A stretch of DNA of 64,000 bases from Bacteroidota bacterium (GTDB taxonomy: Bacteria > Bacteroidota > Bacteroidia > Bacteroidales > FEN-979). Numbering within the stretch: position 1 is the first letter of the stretch; each line of letters begins with the position of its first letter. Below are positions 26,633 to 34,700 of the stretch, piece after piece. The DNA lies in the NCBI GenBank assembly GCA_037138335.1, contig JBAXIO010000002.1, positions 142,315 to 206,314 on the forward strand, in the 5' to 3' direction. The notes beneath the pieces are model-generated. The model ran no database searches. It worked only from the letters and a program-made list of their open reading frames with translations, and was not told the DNA's origin. A program made the position numbers and the translations under genes.

Positions 26633-28198
26633 ATGCGCAGCCTGATCATTCTTTTGCTTTCGTTTGTACTTGCACACCCAATCATTATGGCCCAGAAAGG
26701 GAATGAAGGAAAAGACGAAGAAACAGCGAGGATTGAAATCACGGCAAGAAGCGACCAGGAATCGTACCGTGCAATCCCATGCGGCCACCACGGGGCACTG
26801 GTTTTCTTTAAAAGCGTTGAAATAGCAGATAACCTGAGAGTCAAATGGTATTTTTCGTTTTATGACCAGAACCTGAAACAGCTTTGGGTAAAAAGCTTTC
26901 CGGTGCTTAATGATCTTGATTTCAGGTTTAAAACATTTTCGGGCGACACCCTTATCCTTGTTTTTGTATACAAAGGCAAGATGAAAAGCGAGGATCAGCC
27001 ACTTGAAATTGTCAGGATTGCCCTCAACAAAGGCAACTTCATTCCAAACATAACTAAAGTCCCCGCCAATTCAGAGCCTGTTTTTTTCAATATCCTCGGG
27101 AGAAATGCTTTCCTGGCACTGAATCATAAAACAGGACAGGCGGCTATTGAGATCCTTGACCTGAAGTCGAATCACAGCAAGGGCTTCCTGGTTGACCCTC
27201 AGGCAGAGGCAGCCTTCCGCTGGTTCGGGACCGACAGCATTACGGGAAGTTTAAAGGCTGTGGTTTCCAAAGCAATAAGTAAAAAAGAGACCGGGCACTG
27301 GTACCAGGTTTTTGATACGACAGGAAAGGTGTTGAACTCGGTAAACCTCAGCACGATTAACAACGACAGGGAATTTTCGGGTTTCGAAGCAGTCTCAAAC
27401 CAGAAAGGGGAGGAGATGGTCATCGGTACGTACAGGCTTAAGAATAGCGGTTCCGGGCAGAAAAACAAGCCCATTACTGAATCCACGGGTATTTTTACGA
27501 GTCTGCTTCAGCAGGGGAACCAGAAAAATTTGAATTTTGTAAACTTTCTTCAGTTAAAGAGCATTAATTCATTGCTTAGTGCAAAAGACCTGCTTGATCT
27601 GAAAAAGAAAGCTCTGAAGAAGAATAAAAACATTGCTGAATATTCTGTTGATTTCAATGTTCTTCAGGATGAGCCTTTTGAACAGGATGGCAGGATAATA
27701 CAGGTTTCTGAAGTGTATTTTCCGCAGTATCATGTTGAAAATTTTACAGATTTCGATTTTTACGGAAGGCCTTATACGAATTCTTATTCAACGTTCGACG
27801 GATACCGGTTTACCGGCGCACTCATCACCGCCTACGATCCAGAGGGGATGTTGTTGTGGGATAATGCATTGGAAATAAATGAACTGATCAGCCCTGAACT
27901 CAGCCCGAAAGTGGTGGTGAAAGTGATGGGCGATAAACTGCTTCTTGCATTTTGTGCTGCCGGAAAAATAGGTTCGAAGATCATACATAATAGCGAAACC
28001 AGCGGTAAACTGGAATTCAGCCTGCTGGAATCAAAATATCCAGATGACAAGCTGCTCTCTGAAACAAAAAGCGGGTTGCAGGGATGGTACGACGATTTCT
28101 TCCTCTGCTATGGATTCCAGGAAATAAAAAATGTAGCCATTGAAACCAATAACAAGCGGCTGGTATTCTATTTAACAAAAATAAAATTCGAGGAGTAG
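26633..28198 (+). CDS. Hypothetical secreted protein
   Basis: Long uninterrupted ORF. The ATG at 26633 gives the signal peptide 'MRSLIILLLSFVLAHPIIMAQ'. No recognisable motif. Confidence 0.5.
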   Translation: MRSLIILLLSFVLAHPIIMAQKGNEGKDEETARIEITARSDQESYRAIPCGHHGALVFFKSVEIADNLRVKWYFSFYDQNLKQLWVKSFPVLNDLDFRFKTFSGDTLILVFVYKGKMKSEDQPLEIVRIALNKGNFIPNITKVPANSEPVFFNILGRNAFLALNHKTGQAAIEILDLKSNHSKGFLVDPQAEAAFRWFGTDSITGSLKAVVSKAISKKETGHWYQVFDTTGKVLNSVNLSTINNDREFSGFEAVSNQKGEEMVIGTYRLKNSGSGQKNKPITESTGIFTSLLQQGNQKNLNFVNFLQLKSINSLLSAKDLLDLKKKALKKNKNIAEYSVDFNVLQDEPFEQDGRIIQVSEVYFPQYHVENFTDFDFYGRPYTNSYSTFDGYRFTGALITAYDPEGMLLWDNALEINELISPELSPKVVVKVMGDKLLLAFCAAGKIGSKIIHNSETSGKLEFSLLESKYPDDKLLSETKSGLQGWYDDFFLCYGFQEIKNVAIETNNKRLVFYLTKIKFEE

Positions 28199-28200
28199 GC

Positions 28201-28536
28201 CTATTTTTTTGCCGGGTTGATCACAACCAGTTTATTATCACAATTTTGCACCAGCATCGTGGTGTCTTTCAGATTCCCTGAATAAGCCGGTCCGGAATAT
28301 TTAATAGTATAAGTTGTACCGCCTGCAAAGGTCTTGCACTGCATTTCATCATGCTGAAGATTTATGGTTGCATGAAGCTGTACGATGTTAACGGTAAGTA
28401 GTGAATCTCTTTTATTTTCAAAGCAAACAGTCGCCAGGCCATCGCAAGGCTGTGAAGTGGAAGCCTTTTTGCAGGAGGTTGAAAATAACATTGTACCAAG
28501 GATCAGTGCTGTTAAAATAAGGAGGTTGTTTTTCAT
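28201..28536 (-). CDS. Small Cys-containing hypothetical lipoprotein
   Basis: The ATG at 28536 gives 'MKNNLLILTALILGTMLFSTSCKK' (lipobox). 111 aa. A good promoter match lies just upstream. Confidence 0.5.
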   Translation of the reverse strand: MKNNLLILTALILGTMLFSTSCKKASTSQPCDGLATVCFENKRDSLLTVNIVQLHATINLQHDEMQCKTFAGGTTYTIKYSGPAYSGNLKDTTMLVQNCDNKLVVINPAKK

Positions 28537-28555
28537 AATCAAAATCTTCGCTTTG

Positions 28556-28585
28556 CAAAAGTACAAGGAATAAATTAATATCAAA
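28556..28585 (-). promoter_or_regulatory. Candidate Bacteroidota sigma-A promoter (TTTG-N18-TACTTTTG)
   Basis: The minus strand reads 'TTTGatattaatttattccttgTACTTTTG'. The -7 element ends 19 nt before the ATG at 28536. Confidence 0.4.
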
Positions 28586-28663
28586 ATGCAGATTGACATA
28601 ACAAAAGACAGAAATAGTTTGTTAGGGTTGTATGGGAAACACTAAAAAATTGAAAATTAATTT

Positions 28664-28671
28664 TACTTTTG
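28664..28671 (+). promoter_or_regulatory. Candidate -7 promoter element (TACTTTTG) for the giant PKD gene
   Basis: Exact TAnnTTTG match 105 nt upstream of the ATG at 28777. No well-spaced -33 TTG is present. Confidence 0.25.
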
Positions 28672-28776
28672 TAGATTCTGAAAAAAATCGAATTTCAGGC
28701 AACCATACAACTGCAACCATTGTCATCTAAATCAAGTATAAGTTAATTATTGTAAACGTCTTCTAATATCAACCCT

Positions 28777-31700
28777 ATGCGGAATTTAACATTGCGCCTT
28801 TTTTTCATTTGCGGGTTCCTGCTACTGTCTTCCCCTTTTCTGATTGCACAAAATGCTCCTAATGCCGCCTGTCCCGATACTCAACCGGTTGTTATAGGCC
28901 CTGATGTGGTCAGGGCAGGGCAAACCGTAACCTATATGACTTATGACATTCCAGGTCATAGTTATACATGGGTAGTTCCTGCAGGCGGAAGTGCAAGCAT
29001 ACTCAACCAGAACCAGGTCACGATTACATGGGGGAGCACTCCGATGACAGTGGTGCTTAAAATTAGAGAAGGCAATAGCGCTAAGCCAGGCTGTGTTGAG
29101 GTAGAAACACAGAAGAAGATTACAATTCAGCCTTTGCTGCATGCTTTTTATTATTATCAGTATGAAACCGGCACCTGCTTTTACAATAAAGTCGACTTCA
29201 CAGGTGATGTATCGGTGCACCCGGGGCAAACAATAACCTACGCATGGGATTTTGGAGATCCGGCTTCAGGGGTTAGCAACACATCTGTCTTACCAAATCC
29301 ATCCCATATTTTCCCGACAGTATCCGGTCTAACGTACACGGTCACGCTGACTTTGACCAATACTGCAGGGCAGCAGGACATGATTACCGATTATGTTTAC
29401 GTTGATCCTGACACTTATAAGCCGATTGCCGTACTGCCGGTGCCGGCCAATCCGAACTGCCTCAGCCAGGCATATACATTCAATGCAGCAGGGAGCCAGC
29501 CTACGTTTAAACCCACCTCCGAAACCTTTTTATACGTTGATTGGGATTTTGGCGACGGCACAACGGCCCATTATGAAAAATTTGGCAGCACGCCTCCTGT
29601 ATTGCAAACAACGCATATCTATGCTTCTTATGGAACTAAAACGGTGACATTAACCCTGACCAATACCGTTCATTGCATGGTGACTAAAACCATCCAGGTT
29701 GATGTTCCGAACACCATGCCTGTTGCCGGGTTCCTTGTTGCCAAATCCTGCGTGAACGAACCCACTTCTTTTACAGATATTTCTTCAACACCAATTGCAC
29801 CCCTCGTTATAACAGACTGGAGTTGGGACTGGAACGACGGATCCAACTCAACCTATAATTACATAACGAATCCTCCGCCCGTTCCGGTGATCCATCCATT
29901 TATGGATCTGGCCTCGCATAATGTTACGCTTACTGTCACCAACAGTAACGGTTGTAAAAACATATATTCCCTGCCTGTTCAGGCAGAACCTTCACCCCAG
30001 GCCAATTTCTCTTATCCTGTTGTGATCTGTTCCGGCGACGTTGTGCAGTTCAAAGATATGAGTTCACCCCTGACGGGCAGCCCTATCGTTAGCTATCAGT
30101 GGAACTTCGGCGATCCTACATCGCCCAGCAACACCTCAATCCTGCAAAATCCAACCCATCTTTTTTCAGGTGCGGGAAATTTCATCATTACACTCACGGT
30201 AGCGAACAATGCAGGATGTGTCAACACAAAAACGCTTCCTGTGGCCAATCCTCTTGTTGTAAACCCCCATCCTGATATTGACTTCACCCAGGTGCAGGGA
30301 GTTACTGCCTATGAACAGATTTTTACATCAATAATCAATCCCGCACAGCACGTAGGGAATAATGTGTACTGGGAATTCGGAGATGGAACCAATGGATTCG
30401 GTTCACCCATCACCCACAATTACCCGGGGCCGGGCAGCTTCACAGCCCGCTGTACAGCCACCGACATGGTAACCGGGTGCACCAACGTAGTGACCCACGA
30501 TATGATGCTTGGAGGGCCGCCTGCTGCCTGCTTTACTGCCAATCCACCCAATGAATGCCAGAATGTCAATATTTTATTTGTGCCTTGTCCCCCTGGGGGC
30601 CAGATCGATTTTGAGGATTGGGATTTTGGGGATGGGACGCCTGTACAGCATTTCGTTCCTCCCTTCACACCGGCTTCTCCGACTCATTCATATATCGCAC
30701 CTGGGCCTTATCATGTGAAAAGGGTTGTTAACCAGGGAACCCCGCTTGAAGCATCATTTGATCTCTGGGTAACGATTTATGATTCCCCCACTGCGAATTT
30801 CATATGGTTCAGTGATCCCGCCCACCTGCATCAAAGCCAGGCCTGCGACGGACAGGATGTTTATTTCGTGGATCAATCGTTTGCAAATTCCACCCCCCCG
30901 GGAACAATTTACCAGTGGTTGTGGACCTTTGATGATCCTCTTTCAGGAGCCGCCAATACTTCAACCCTGCAAAACCCCACCCATACTTTCATGAGTGGAC
31001 AAACATCGTATAATGTGACATTGCAGGCCTGGGAAAACCTTGAGAACTGCCCAAGTCCTGTCAAGACAATCAATGTGCCGATCAATACTCCTATTCCCGT
31101 AGAATTCGGTTACGGAACTAATGTCTGCCTTGATCAGGCGGTTAACTTCACGACAGATCCTGCAGCTTTGCCTCCTTCAGATTACACCTGGCTATGGGAT
31201 TTTGGAGATGGCAACAATTCGGCAGCGCCGGGAAGTGTTTCGCATTTGTATGCTTCTGTGGGGGATTATACCGTAACCCTGACGCTTACCGATGTCAATG
31301 GCTGCAGCAAGTCAAAACAGCATATTATCAGCATTATTCCAAAGCCAATTGCCAATTTCATGTTTGCTTCACCTACCTGTTTTGGCTCAGCGATCCAATT
31401 TACCGACCTTTCCGTAGTCCCCTTGCCATATAACGACGTGATCGTTGGATGGGACTGGGATTTTGGGGACGGCACTCTGCATGACCTTACAAGGAATCCC
31501 ACACATATTTATGCAGTATACAGCTCTACAGGATGGAATGTGACACTCACCGTAACAACGAACCGCGGTTGTTCCCAGACCAGGACTATTAATGTACAGC
31601 AGGTTGCCTCCCCTCTGGCTGATTTCCAGGTTACAGGAGGGACTTTTTCCTGCGTTGCGCCACAATCGGTTCATTTCAGTGATCTCTCCCAGACCAATGG

Positions 31701-34700
31701 GGGCGGGAACCTGATGTCATGGTCCTGGGATTTCGGAGACCCCGCTTCAGGAGCATTCAATTTCTCAACAGCACAGAACCCATCGCATATATACAACACT
31801 TCGGGGCCTAAGAGGATTACTTTAATCGTAAGCAACACGAATTATTGTAACGATACCATTTTTCACGATATTACCATTAATGCGCTTCCTTTACCTGACT
31901 TTGCTTTTTCAACCCCCTGCCTGGGTAACAATACCTTGTTTACCGACAACACCATTCCAAATGCTGCGGGAATCTTGTCCTGGGCCTGGGATTTTGGCGA
32001 CGGAGGCACATCACCCCTTCAGAATCCGCAACATCTCTTTGCCACAGCGGGAACACACACTGTTACTCTCGTGGTTGTTAACTCAAACGGTTGTACAAAC
32101 ACCAAGGTGAAAACCATTAATGTAAACCCGAAACCGGTTGTTGATTTTATAGAGACAAGCCCCTTCTGCCAGCATGCACAGGTTACTTTTACAAGCCAGG
32201 CATATGTGCCGGCAGGTTTTACCAGCTTCATTAATAACTGGATGTGGAGATTCGGCGACGGTTCAGCTGTTGGGATCGGACCTGTTGTCACCCATACCTA
32301 CCTTGATGCTTCGATTTCCCATACGGTCACACTGATCGCCACGACAACCGACGGATGCGTTGACTCTGTTTCCAAAGTCGTAACAGGAATCGCGGCACCT
32401 ATTGCCGACTTTACCAATCTTGGCGTTGGCTGTCTTGGCCAATCATTGAGTTTTGTTGATAATTCCCAAAGCAATGGAGGCGGTACAATCAGCCAATGGT
32501 CTTGGAATTTTGATGATCCGGGCTCAGGCTCATCCAACACTTCTACTTTGCAGAACCCGACGCATAGTTTCACCAGCGCGGTAGTTCATCATGTCTCCCT
32601 CACAGTCACAAACGTAAACGGATGCACAGCTACAAAGACAAATGATGTTAGCATAGCGGCAAAACCCGTTGCCGACTTCACCTCATCCAGCAGCTGCCTG
32701 GGCAACCTGACAGTATTTACTGACAAATCTACAACACTGACAGGGTCCCTGGTTCTTTGGGCCTGGGATTTTGGTGACGGGGGGACTGCACTTACGCAAA
32801 ACCCCACATACATGTTCAGCACTCCGGGACTCCATTATGTTACATTGACCGTAACCAATTCCAACGGTTGCACACAGAGTGTTACCTACCCTGTTGAAGT
32901 ATACCCTTACCCGGTTACATCATTCGGTTTCTCTTCACCCACCTGCGCGGGCAACAGCGTGACATTTACAGATATGTCGATCACGGGTCATGGTTATATT
33001 GTCAGAAGGATGTGGGATTTCGGTGACGGGAATTTACTGAACACAACATCCGTTTCAACCACACATCAGTATGCCAACGGAGGAACATATAATGTCACCC
33101 TCATAGTGAAAACCTCCGACAGTTGCACGGGAACGAAAACAATATCGGTACCCATTCAATTTGCCCCTGTTGCATCATTTACTGCCATAAATTCACTTTG
33201 TGTTCTCACTCCTGTCCAATTCAACGACAACTCCCAGCCTAACGGGGGAGGGACCATAACACAATGGAACTGGAATTTCGGAGATCCCGGCTCAGGTGGA
33301 AACAACAACTCAACCCAGCAGAACCCGGTTCATAATTTCAGCGCTTCAGGTGTTTTTAAAGTACGTCTGACTGTAGCCAATGCCGATGGCTGTATAGGAA
33401 AGGATTCCATGATGGTTACCATCAATGCAAATCCTGTCGCTAATTTTACGGCCACCAATGCATGCCAGGGCAATGCAACTACGTTTACCGACAATTCAAT
33501 CCCCAATGCAGGTGTGATCGTGTCATGGTTGTGGAATTTTGGTGACGGCGGCAGTTCCGCAGTCCAGAATCCAACCTATACCTATGTTACAGGAGGCATT
33601 TTTAATGTCACACTTACAGTGACTACTTCAAACGGATGTATACATTCAGTAAGCAAACCTGTGGAAGTATGGGCCAGGCCAAACATCCAGTTCAGTTATA
33701 CTTCCCCCACCTGTGCCGGGAGTTCAGTTACTTTTACCGATATTTCGGTTCCGTCGCATGGTTATATCACCAACAGGAACTGGGATTTCGGCGATGGAAA
33801 TACAGGCACCAGCGCCAGCCCGACCATTTCACATACATATACCACGGGAGGGAACTACCAGGTTATACTTAGCATTACCACTTCCGATAATTGTACAGGG
33901 AACAATACCATTTCTGTTCCTATCCAGTACAACCCGATCTCCGGATTCCAATGGTCAAATGCCGTCTGTGCACTGGCCCCTGTCCAGTTCACTGATATCT
34001 CCCAACCCAACGGGGGCGGGCAGATCACTCAATGGAACTGGACTTTCGGTGATCCCGGATCAGGCGGAAACAATACTTCCACCCAGCAGAACCCTGCACA
34101 CAATTTTAGTGCAGCAGGTCAATTTATGGTGCATCTTAAAGTTACCAATGCAAGTGGATGTTATAAAGACAGCAGCGCCCAGATCACTATCGAAGCAAAT
34201 CCGACCGCGACTTTTACTGCAACAAGTGTGTGCAAAGGCAGCCCAACGGTATTCACCGGGACTCCTGGTGCCGGAACAATTGCTACCTGGTCCTGGGATT
34301 TCGGTGACGGCGGAACAGGATCGGGCCAGAACCCTTCATACACTTATGCTAACGATGGAACATATACGGTCGTTCTGAATGTGGCGAGCTCGGGCGGGTG
34401 CCTTGGAACGTACAGCAAAACGATACAGGTTTATGGTTCCCCGGTTTCTCAATTCAAGTTCTCTTCACCGACTTGTGCCAGTGATTCGGTACAATTCACC
34501 GATCTTTCAGTTACGGCTCACGGAAGTATTAATAAATGGGAATGGGATTTCGGTGATGGTGGGACTATTACCATAACCTTCCCGGGCAATGCGAATGTGA
34601 AACACAAATACGCAAATGGCGGGAATTACAATGTAAAGCTAAAAATCACGACTTCCGACAATTGTACCAATGAGATCACCTTACCGGTATCTGTAGAATT

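Noticed and set aside
33713-34378. 221-aa alternative-frame ORF, and many 60-135-aa ORFs on both strands inside the PKD gene (28822-37172).
   Set aside because: All are embedded in the 8.8-kb ORF, whose PKD periodicity is continuous. Their translations are Pro/Ser/Arg-rich repeat shadows generated by the repetitive coding sequence.
31620-34695. Regular ~770-nt periodicity here and 219-nt periodicity at 58999-59655, considered as a possible CRISPR or satellite array.
   Set aside because: The repeats are in-frame protein-domain repeats inside long ORFs. They are imperfect at the nucleotide level and have no short direct repeat/spacer structure. No cas genes are present.
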